A DNA stretch of 62,669 bases, the filler included, from Thelocarpon superellum (lineage: Eukaryota): NCBI GenBank assembly GCA_026025795.1. It is 2 parts of 2 records of this genome, joined end to end, with 100 filler letters (N's around TTAATTAATTAA, not from the genome) between each part and the next. Parts side by side here need not be neighbours in the genome. Positions count along the whole stretch, not along the records: positions 1 to 31,373 come from JAPEUG010000193.1; positions 31,474 to 62,669 come from JAPEUG010000194.1. One strand, 5' to 3'. Under the pieces are notes generated by a model. It saw only the letters and a program-made list of their open reading frames with translations, was not told where the DNA came from and made no database searches. Shown one piece after another: positions 25,536-35,272 of this stretch. Position 1 is the first letter of the stretch. Every line of letters starts with the position of its first letter. A program made the position numbers and the translations under genes.

Positions 25536-27343
25536 CTAGCCCACGCTTTCGAATTTCAACTTCTCCCATCTCATGGCGCAGGCACACACAAAGGTCAGAG
25601 CGCCCGCTGCCAGGACCAGCGCATACACCTTGTCGATGGTCTGAACGATGGCTTCAATGGCCAAACTGCGGACGACAGGACCCTCCTTGTTGAGCACGAC
25701 CGACTCCGCTCCCGCCAAGGCGGACCTCAACACGTCTTCCGAGAAGTCGTGGCCGGCGAGTGCCTCGCGGAGATAGCTGTATCCAAGATTCTGGAATAGC
25801 GCGCCGGAAATGGAGAGGGCAATGGCGATGGACCCGATCTGTGCGACGTTGATGAAGCCAATGGAGGCCGGGACGTCGACGGGGTCGACCTTGGCCGCCG
25901 CCACGTTGTACCCGGTCTGAAAGATGAGGCCGACGCCGACGGCGATGAGGATCTCGAAGCCGTAGATGGCCCCCGTGGGCGTCGTGGACGTGACGCGGTA
26001 CATGAGGGCACCGCCGACGATCATCAGCACCGCTGCCGGAAAGTACCAGGGTGCGTAGCGACCAAAGACGGGCAGCAGGCCGCCGGCAAACATGACGGAG
26101 AACACAAAGAGTGTGATGAAGGGCAGCAGGCGCACGGCGGCTTCGAGGGCAGTGTCGCCTTTGGTGAACTGGAAGAACAGGGGCACGTAGTAAATGCCCA
26201 CGGCCATGGCGCTGGCGGAGGCGGCAGTCGCGAAGTAGAGAAGGAGCAGGGTGCGACGCTTGACAAAGTGAACAGGGAAGAGGCGTCGTTCGGGGGTGGT
26301 AAAGATGGCGAAGGTCTGTTGCAGGGCGTACGATATCAGGGTGACACCGAACATCGTCCAGAGGGCAATGGGTCCACTTGTATTCCAGCGCCAGGTCGAC
26401 CCAGAGAATGTGAGGACGACCATGAATAGGACGAACGTGATTGCGTTGAGCACCGCGCCGACCCAGTCAATCTGCGCTAGCTTATGGCTCGTGGATATCT
26501 CTGGCTGTGGGTTGAATCGCGGGAAGAGCCAGATATAGATTGGTGCAGTGGCTAGGTCACAGCCACACCGGTCATGGTCAATTCCTTACGTCGTGAGTGG
26601 AAGAAGCTCACCAGCTGCCAGCGGCAGGTTGATGTAAAATGCCCAGCGCCAGGTTGCCTTGCTGCCTGCAAAGGCGCCCGCAATGACGGGTCCCAGGATA
26701 GCACCTGTGCCCCAGGCCAGCCCTATCAGCGCGTTGTAAATGGCCCGTTCACGGAGCGTAGTAAACACGGAGATGTAGGTGAGGGCGCTGCATCACGGTT
26801 AGAAAAGCCACTCGTCGTCTGCAGCTGGAAACGCTTGCCCAATGTACATGCCCGCACCACCTATCCCTGCAATAACACGTCCGACGATCAGGGCATTCGA
26901 GCTGGGAGCGGCTCCGCAAAGCGCGCTGCCCGCTTCAAAGGTGACGATCGAGCCGATGATGAGCCACTTGATCTCAAACGTCCCGTAGAGCTTGCCGATG
27001 AGTAGAATGACGGCGACGGAGCCCATGGGAAAGCCGATACCGACCCAGGGCAGCTTCCGGAGCTCGCCAAGATCATTGTAGATTGAGCCTTGCACGTCTG
27101 CGGCGATGGTCGTGTCGAGACCTGGTTTCTCTCAACGTGAATCCCAAGCGATCAGGCGACTGGTTGCTCACCATACAAGAGAGCCCCTAGGTAGAGACCG
27201 AGGCATACCAAGAACCATATCAGAGGAGCAGGACGGGAGACTGATTGCTGATCTGGCTTCCCCGCTTCCTCAGACTTGGCTGGCGGTGTGGCATTTCCGG
27301 CGTCCTCGTTCCCAGGTTGGAGGCCTTTGGCGTGTCCCGCCAT
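25536..27343 (-). CDS. MFS drug:H+ antiporter (14-TMS DHA2 type), 4 exons
   Basis: LYGLDTTIAADVQ, GSALCGAAPSSNALIVGRVIAGIGGAG, LGPVIAGAF..TWRWAFYINLP, YYVPLFFQF. Confidence 0.92.
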
Positions 27344-29127
27344 AGACGGTAGAATGTTAGGCATGAGCAAACCCTTGGGTGCTTCGAAATTCACTCGGAT
27401 TGGCTCTTGGAAAGGGAGCGGAAGAAGAATATGAAGCAAAGATGATCTGGTAGAGACAGGGGTAATACATCTTGTACCCTGTTACGGACGAGAGCTTCTT
27501 CCATCCGAGAATGGAGATCTCGGAGAAGGAACACTGCTTCTCCGACACTGCGGAGACCGTGTGCTCCCGCACCGGGCTTGTTACTGGTCACGGTAAACAC
27601 AGAACGCTAGCATCTACTGATGGTGACGAGACTTGATTTCATGCCACCAGCATGCCAAGGCCTGTCACCGTTAGACGAACACGGTCATTGCAACTTAGCT
27701 GGCTATGATGCCAATCCTCCTGCAGCTCATTAGCGGCAGCTTGAAGATTCAAGTGACGCGAGGCAGCTGGAGCCTGAGGAGCGGGTCGGATCTCCGGGCG
27801 GTCAACTAATCACTCCGTCTGGTCCGGCCGTAAGATTCCACGGGAGATGCCGCGCCAAGAGGTGACGCTTATTAAGCCACTCTTTCCTTGGGCCACTCGC
27901 ACGGCACGAGCGGTATGATAGACTGAAGACCGCAGTCCGTCCACGAAAGGGCAGAGGCAGAGGGCGACGTCGTGGCTATGCCAGCGCGCCAGTCAGACTG
28001 TCTAAGCTCGGACTTCAGCATCAATGCAGAGTGTGTTCGACCGCCCAGCAGGGGCTTTGTTTCCCCACCGGCCCGAAATCATTCCCGGTGAACGCGCACA
28101 TGGATCTAAACTCACGTATCCAGTGGGGATCTTGATCGTTGTTAACTCCCCAAGCTCTGCGCTCGCACGTCATCCTAGACCAAACTAAACAGTCGCCGAC
28201 AAGTCCCGCTAGCGTGCGATGCCTTGGTGTCGAGACTTTTGTGCCAAGCCTCAGCAAGCAGATCAGTCCGACTTTGATGTCGTATTGGCATCTGAGATGC
28301 AGGTTGACCGCATCGACAGCACGGCTTCAATTCGAGCAATTGCGTGTATCGTGGCTCCGAATCCCGGCGCTCTTGTCAGCGGCCGAAGCACGGAGGAACG
28401 ATGTTGAAATGGTGTGGGGGGGCTACACAGCAGAATTACGGGAGTAGCCGGCCCCTATCACGTGTTCCAAGCAGATCCGCTCCATTGGCGTAAGTCAACC
28501 TCTATGTTACTTCTTGACTATGCATGGGGCATGAGTCGACAGTACGGATTATGTCAGTCCAACACGTACGAAGATGAGATGACTGCTGCGCCCTTGAACA
28601 GGTGAAATATGAAATGGAACAGAATGCTTTCATGTTTTGGCACGCGTCTTCCCTAAAGATCGAAACAACCATGCATGGCCGAACATCTAGACGAGATTCA
28701 AATATGATCATAGGATCCTACTAGCATGAGCGCCCAGACAGATCGTGGAGCTTGTTGCGTCTTTCTTACCAGAGGAATCGTCTGGAATATGGCATACTGT
28801 CAACACAAGGATTGAATTTCCGAGACAATAAAGTGGTATTTGTTTGTCGAGATTTCGCTTCATTTTAATATTATTGTAGTGATTCTCCATTAAAAATTCA
28901 TTTAAATATTCCAAGCGTCCGTTTGCGCTTGACCCTCCATAGCGAATTACGCCGTCACACCACGTTAGAAGGTGAAGGACATCAACTCCGCGACATAAAG
29001 TTGGAGCTTGATCGATCAGGGCCTGCCGTGGCTCGTAAAGCTCTCGCCGTAGTCCACGTCGCTGTCCTCCATATTACATACAGTCAATGCTGTCCGCGTC
29101 CATGCATCCATCATCTACCACGCTATC

Positions 29128-31103
29128 ATGTGTTCGCTCAACAGCCTCCCTGATGAGATAGTACAGGACATCCTCCACTACCTTTCACCATTCCATCTCC
29201 CTGTTGTCGAGCAGACTTGCAGGCGTCTCAATCGTCTCGTGAATGAGCCTTTGCTCTGGCGACACCATTGTAAGACGCGATTCCGATATTGGGCTCCAGA
29301 ACACAATATCCGAGGGAAGTTGGCCGAGGACGTGGCAGCGACAGCCTGGAGAGATTTGTTCACATCACGTCACGTCACGGACATCAGGGCGAGAGAAAGA
29401 CTGAACAGCATCCTCGCCCAGCAGCACGGACGCATCGAGAAGTTTGGGAGTCTTGTCGACCTGGGCTATGACGTCAAGGATTTTCTGCTCCAGCAGATGC
29501 ACGTCGATGACACTGTGGACGATGTCTTGGCGAGAAGGTATGGCTCTGGGAGTGTGGAAAGATGGAGCCAACCTCGTGGATGCTCATCCCATCGTCGCAG
29601 ATACTACAGTCGCAAGGCGTTGTGCCTGGTCCATCGAGACGCTGCCGTCAAGGTATGGCAGAAGATCGGGAGCGACTCCCAACTGCGTCTCGAGCGAACC
29701 CTGACCGCATACGACATGTTCGTTCTCGGCGACCGAGAAGGCGACTTTGATGAAGTGAGTGGCAACCGCTCCGTCCTACCTTTCTCACCACCTTGCCGTG
29801 TCAGGCGCCCGCTGACGCCAAGGCGGGCGCAGGTCGCCTTTCGACTTGACACGCTCGCACAGGAGCTGTTGGAGTTGCATCCATCGTGGGAGAACCTTAC
29901 GTGCCGGGACAAGGCCTCGACACTGGTGCGGTTTCTTCGAGCAAACCGTTACACCGGCGTACGACCCGGAGGCACGTATCACGAAGTCCCAAACAGCCTC
30001 ATTAGCTTTGTCCTGCTCCATCCCGATCACCAATCTCTCCCCCTTACCTTGGTGGCCATCTTCTGCGCCGTCGCGGCGCGGCTGGGTCTCGATGCACGGC
30101 CATGTGGATATCCATTCCACATCTACGCCAAAGTGTATCCGCCCGTCTCTGCCACTGTGGACGGGGCGCGGACGGAATCGGGATCACCGTCGGAGCCGGT
30201 CTTCCTTGATCCCTTCCGGTCGGAAGATGAAGTGCCACTCGAGGACCTGCATCAACGAATGACGACCATGGGCGTTCCGACCTCGGCCCACACGGCGTAC
30301 TTGCGCGATGCATCGCTACGAGAGATGACTCTCCGTAACGGCCGGAACATTCTTCAATCAGCCCGATCAGAAGCCGCGGCGACGGCGGCGACGGGCCAGG
30401 GCCAGTCCCCGTTTGAGTCGAGCGAAATTCTTCTAGAAGAAGCCACGTACAGCGCATTGTGGGGGACGCTGATCATCCATGGAGTTCCCGACGTCGGCGC
30501 AGAACGGACACAATCCTTGCACCACCTCGCCGCCATGCTGGCCAGCAAAAATCCCGAGGATGTATGGCTCGTTGAGCATCATCTTCTCGGCGGCTCTGGT
30601 GTTGCTCGGCACCCTCATCTCCTCGCCGTTGTGAACCTTGTTCGGCAGAAGGATGCATCTACGAGACGACCAAAGCGCCGGGATCCGGACGTGCTCCAGA
30701 AGCCAATCCGATACCACGTTGGTCAAGTGTTCAAGCACCGACGATATGCATATCACGCCGTCGTCACCGGGTGGGACATCCAATGCGAAGCAGGAGAGGG
30801 CTGGATCCGGGAAATGCAAGTCGATCAGCTCAGCGGAGGCCGGCAACAGTGTTTTTATCAAGTCTTGTACGCCACCCCCACAAATCCCCGGCTACATCAG
30901 GAGGGCCCCGAGCTAACGGACCGCTAACTAACAGAGTCGACGACGGCTCCGAACGCTATGTCGCCGAGGAGAATATTCACGTAATCATCCTGAATTCAGC
31001 GCCCGCAAGGCTGCTCCCCTTGGCCGGGAAGTATTTCAAGCGGTGGGATCAAGCGACCGGTACTTTTGTATCCAATGTCCGGGACGAGTTTCCGGATGAT
31101 TAG
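29128..31103 (+). CDS. F-box protein with transglutaminase-like middle and C-terminal YccV/HspQ-like domain (FBXO21-like), 4 exons
   Basis: F-box SLNSLPDEIVQDILHYL. SLPLTLVAIFCAVAARLGL..CGYPFH..FLDPF. YHVGQVFKHRRYAYHAVVTGWD, FYQVL|VDDGSERYVAEENI, AGKYFKRWD..DEFPDD*. Confidence 0.9.
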
Positions 31104-31308
31104 TCGTGAGCCTCAATTCAACCATCAGCAAAACCTCGCAGTGTAGGAATCAGAGCTGAATTGCTAATCTACGCGTAGTCGGGATAGTAATAGGAGTGGG
31201 CACGTGACCAAGTCCCGTGCGCGCTCCTACAGCAGTGACTTTGGATGGACGAGTTTCCGGATGATTAGTCGTGAGCCTCAATTCAACCATCAGCAAAACC
31301 TCGCAGTG
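31082..31308. repeat. 62-bp direct duplication (31082-31143 and 31247-31308) near the contig end
   Basis: GGACGAGTTTCCGGATGATTAG..AAAACCTCGCAGTG occurs twice, identically. Confidence 0.9.
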
Positions 31309-31373
31309 ACTTTGGATCAAGAGATTTTCTATTTTCTCTTGCGCACTTGCGCATTTGTTAACGAATAGGGGTG

Positions 31374-31473
31374 NNNNNNNNNNNNNNNNNNNNNNNNNNN
31401 NNNNNNNNNNNNNNNNNTTAATTAATTAANNNNNNNNNNNNNNNNNNNNNNNNNNNNNNNNNNNNNNNNNNNN
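31374..31473. other. Artificial scaffold/contig linker: 44 N + TTAATTAATTAA + 44 N
   Basis: Exactly 100 bp and symmetrical; the 12-mer places stop codons in all six frames. Confidence 0.95.
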
Positions 31474-33010
31474 TCCGAGCGCCACTCAGTGTCTTCATCC
31501 TGGGACCGCGACCGCGACCGCGACCGCGACCGCGACCGCAACCGCACCAGGATCTCCAGATCCTCCTTGGCTAGGATGGCAGCCGCGAGTGTCTCGTCCA
31601 CGGCCTGCGGTTCGCCGTTGATCAGCAGCTTGAGCTCTTTTCTGCTTCCCCCTCCATGTCGTTCTCCTCTTGTCTCTCCCTCTCTCTCTCCCCCGAAGGA
31701 CGTAACGTCGTCGTCATACACGAAACTGACGCTCGTTTCCTCCGGACGCACCGTTCCGCTCGGCAAGTGCGGCGTATAGCCCACGGCGCACAGGATACGG
31801 CCCCAGTTCGCATCGCCGCCGTACAGGGCGGTTTTGACGAGGGGTGACGTGGCAATGGAGGCAGCGATGGCGTGGCCCGCGTCGTACGTCGGCGCGTGCT
31901 GGACGCGCACGGTGACGAACTTCGTGGCGCCTTCGCCGTCGCGTACCACCAGGTGCGCCAGGCGCTGCGTGAAGCGTGTCAGGGTGGCGAGAAAGGCCGC
32001 GGAGTCCGCCGAGGGACTGGTGGTGATGAGAGGCGTGTGCAGCCCCGCGGTGGAAGGTGGAGCGCCGGCCCCGTTGGCAAGCAACGCGACCGTGTCGTTG
32101 GTAGACGTGTCCCCGTCGACGGATATGCTGTTGAATGAGCGGGCGGCGGCGTGGGAGAGCAGCGGGTGGAGCGCGGAGGCGGCAATGGGCGCGTCCGTGC
32201 AGATGATGCCGAGCAGGGTGGCCATGTTCGGGTGTATCATTCCCGCGCCTTTGGTCATGCCTGCCATTCGGTACGTCGTGTCAGGATGCGAGGGGAGCGT
32301 GAAGGTCTCCGAGAGTAGCTTGGGAAAGGTGTCTGTCGTGCAGATTGCCCGGGCCGCTGCGAGCCATGCCGAGTGCCCCGCGGAGAGGGCTTGGTGCGCG
32401 GTGGGTATGCCATCGAGGATCTTTCCGATGGGGAGACTGCAGGACTGTCAGCCGGGTGGAAGGGTCAAGGGTCGATTGAGGAGGTGGGCCTGTACCGTTG
32501 CCCTATCACTCCCGTACTCATGACCATGGTGTGTCCGCCCTTGCTCTCGACACTAGACTCCAGACACCGATCCACCTCCCGGGACATGGCCCGGGCATCT
32601 TCCAGCCCTCCGGTCCCAGTCACGGCATTGGCACAACCAGAGTTCACCACAACGGCTTGGACACCCTCTCCTCCTCGCTGGTTCAACACCTGCCGACTGA
32701 CGGTGACCGGCGCCGCCTGGAATTTGTTCGACGTAAAGACTGCAGCTGCAACGCATGGCACGGTGGAAGAAATCAGGGCGAGATCGGGGCTGGTGGTATT
32801 GCTGGCTTTGACCCCAACGTGAACCCCTGCTGCTAGGAAACCTCGCGGATACGTCCCGCTCGTCGGCACGTATTTCTGTTTCAAGGGGGGAATGTCCGCG
32901 GGTGGGGTGGAGTAATGCCGGATGGAGCATCCTCGTACTGTATCAAAAGAGGGCCATGAGCTCCGCGACCGGAGGAGCCAATCGATTGGGACGGTCTTGC
33001 AACTCATCAT
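31474..33010 (-). CDS. ARG7: Ornithine acetyltransferase ArgJ (ARG7), mitochondrial; 3' end cut by the gap
   Basis: [60 protein letters not shown] (autocleavage site), [38 protein letters not shown]. Confidence 0.95.
31504..31545. repeat. (GACCGC)6 plus one variant copy, coding RSRSRSRS in ARG7
   Basis: Read directly. Confidence 0.9.
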
Positions 33011-33124
33011 TAGAGATCACGTTGTTCATTCTACGGAGCACGGGGCCGTCTCCGGCATCGTTCCACCAGAGATTGACTGGTTGACGTGTTGCCTCACATG
33101 GTTCTGGTTACAGCTATGATTAGT

Positions 33125-33131
33125 TGAGTCA
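33125..33131. promoter_or_regulatory. Gcn4/CpcA consensus site TGAGTCA upstream of ARG7
   Basis: Perfect TGA(C/G)TCA 115 bp upstream of the ARG7 ATG, in the ARG7/ORC2 divergent intergenic region. Amino-acid biosynthesis genes are classic cross-pathway-control targets. Confidence 0.6.
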
Positions 33132-33294
33132 CTTCCGGAAAGCGGTGACTTCGCGGAGACTTGGTTTCTCCGATCCGTCCCGTCCACACAATCCCTGCCC
33201 ACATCAACCCTTGCAGCTCCCACGCAATGTCAAGTGATGGCTAGACGGCTGTCGAAAGGGCCTGGAATCTGTTGCCCTGCCTGAGGAAGACCCA

Positions 33295-35190
33295 ATGAAA
33301 CGAAAGAAGACTCCGGAGGCGGAGACTTCGGACGACGAGGACGAGTTGGACCACACACGACAAAAGCGTCCTCGGTCAGAGCCATCCATTGAGCCCGCCG
33401 CCCCTGCTCCCTCGCCAGCTATCAATGGAGCGGATCCCACGACGCCAGTCAAACGAGGGAGAGGAAGACCGCCCGGGAGCAAGAACAAGCCCAAGCCGGG
33501 GATCAATGGAGAGACGAGTTACGCAACGACACCGACGAAGACGCCTCTCAAGACCCCAGCAAAGTCACGAAAGCTCCCCAGCGCCACCACGCCCGTAATC
33601 CACAATGCCGATCGGTCCGCACGCCGCAAGAGTGCGCGAGCGTTGATCGAACGGACGCTCCGGGACGACCTGGATGACGACGACGATGGAGAGGAGGATC
33701 TCCTTGCACAACACATCTGGGACGCGGAGGGCTCGGACGCCGACGCGGGTGGACGGGCAGACAGCGGACGAGACGGAGCGGACACGGACGCTCCGGGAGA
33801 CGAAGAGGCAGAGACAGGAGCCAGTGCGCCGCCAACACCGTTGAAACGAGGACGAGGTCGACCCAAAGGATCGAGGAACAAACGAACGCCCACCCCCCCA
33901 GGCGACCTGCCCCCTCATGAACGATACTTCTTCCAGAATCGATCCGGCGGCATCCACACCTCCAACCACACTCTGTCGTCCGTGTCATTGCTCAACCACG
34001 AGGAATACTTCAAGCTGATCAAAGACCATGTGGATTCTCATCAAGTCGAGCAGCAATTCTTACAGGATCTCCACGCGCGTTCCTTCAGTCAGTGGCGCTT
34101 CGAGATGAGCGAGGGGTTCAACCTATGTTTGTACGGCCTGGGGTCCAAGCGGAAGCTGGTACTCAAATTTGCGGAATGGCTTGACGCCCAGCAGCAGCAG
34201 CAGCAACACCAAGGGGACGAGAACGAAGACGAGGATGAGACTGAAAATGAAAATGAAAAGAAGAAGACGCCGGGACATCGAATCGTCGTGGTAAACGGCT
34301 ACGTATCCAATCTGACCATCCGCGACATCCTCAACGCGCTGGCCGAAGTTCTACTCGGACCCAACCATGCACACAAGCTCGGAAGTCAGCCCAATGACAT
34401 GGTCGAGACGCTCCTATCCCTTGCCAACGCCAACACCACCACCACGTCTCCTTCTCCTTCTCCATCTCCAACTCCACCCAGCGTCACGCTCCTCATCCAC
34501 TCCATAGACGCGCCCGCCCTACGCCGCCCAGCCACACAAGCGATCCTCGCACGCCTCGCGTCGCAGCCGTACATTCAGCTCCTCGCGAGCGCCGACCACC
34601 CCTCGTTCGCCCTGCTATGGGACAGTTCCCTCCGGGAAGCGTTCAACTATCTCTTCCACGACAGCACGACCTTCCTGCCCTACGAGCTCGAAGTCGACGT
34701 CGTCGAGAGCGTCAACGACGTCCTGGGCCGCTCCGGGCGCCGCATGGCCGGCAGAGAAGGCGTCGGCTTCGTCCTGCGCAGCCTCCCCGAGAACGCACGG
34801 AACTTGTATCGCGTGCTGGTCAGCGAGCAGCTGGCAGCCATGGACGGGGACGGGCCGGAGGGAGACGCCGATGATGATGGAGATGAAGATGACGAAGGGG
34901 CCCATGCTCCCCCGGCCACTCCTCTTGGAGGTGCTGGAGGTGGAAGAGGACGAAGGCAGGGCGGCAGGGGAATACCGTCTCGAACACTGTATCAGAAAGC
35001 GGTGGAAGAGTTCATCTGCACCTCCGAGATGGGGTTTCGCTCGCTCCTGAGGGAGTTTCTCGATCATCAGATGATCGAGTCGCGTCGGCCTGATGGGGTT
35101 GCTGGTGGAGGAGGAGACGCAGGGGGAGAAACGCTATGGATCCCCTTCCGTCGAGAAGAGCTAGAAGCCGTCCTGGACGATCTCATCTGA
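33295..35190 (+). CDS. ORC2: Origin recognition complex subunit 2 with AT-hooks
   Basis: AT-hooks KRGRGRPPG and KRGRGRPKG. NADRSARRKSAR, QWRFEMSEGFNLCLYGLGSKRKL, LLIHSID, LLWDSS..FLFHDSTTFLPY, VLRSLPENARNLY, LREFLDHQMI. Confidence 0.95.
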   Translation: MKRKKTPEAETSDDEDELDHTRQKRPRSEPSIEPAAPAPSPAINGADPTTPVKRGRGRPPGSKNKPKPGINGETSYATTPTKTPLKTPAKSRKLPSATTPVIHNADRSARRKSARALIERTLRDDLDDDDDGEEDLLAQHIWDAEGSDADAGGRADSGRDGADTDAPGDEEAETGASAPPTPLKRGRGRPKGSRNKRTPTPPGDLPPHERYFFQNRSGGIHTSNHTLSSVSLLNHEEYFKLIKDHVDSHQVEQQFLQDLHARSFSQWRFEMSEGFNLCLYGLGSKRKLVLKFAEWLDAQQQQQQHQGDENEDEDETENENEKKKTPGHRIVVVNGYVSNLTIRDILNALAEVLLGPNHAHKLGSQPNDMVETLLSLANANTTTTSPSPSPSPTPPSVTLLIHSIDAPALRRPATQAILARLASQPYIQLLASADHPSFALLWDSSLREAFNYLFHDSTTFLPYELEVDVVESVNDVLGRSGRRMAGREGVGFVLRSLPENARNLYRVLVSEQLAAMDGDGPEGDADDDGDEDDEGAHAPPATPLGGAGGGRGRRQGGRGIPSRTLYQKAVEEFICTSEMGFRSLLREFLDHQMIESRRPDGVAGGGGDAGGETLWIPFRREELEAVLDDLI

Positions 35191-35272
35191 GGGCTCTATC
35201 CCCCCATCCTCAACACCTGCTTCAGAACCTTGTCGACTATTATTCCCCCTTCCCCCTCCCCCCCAACCCGAC

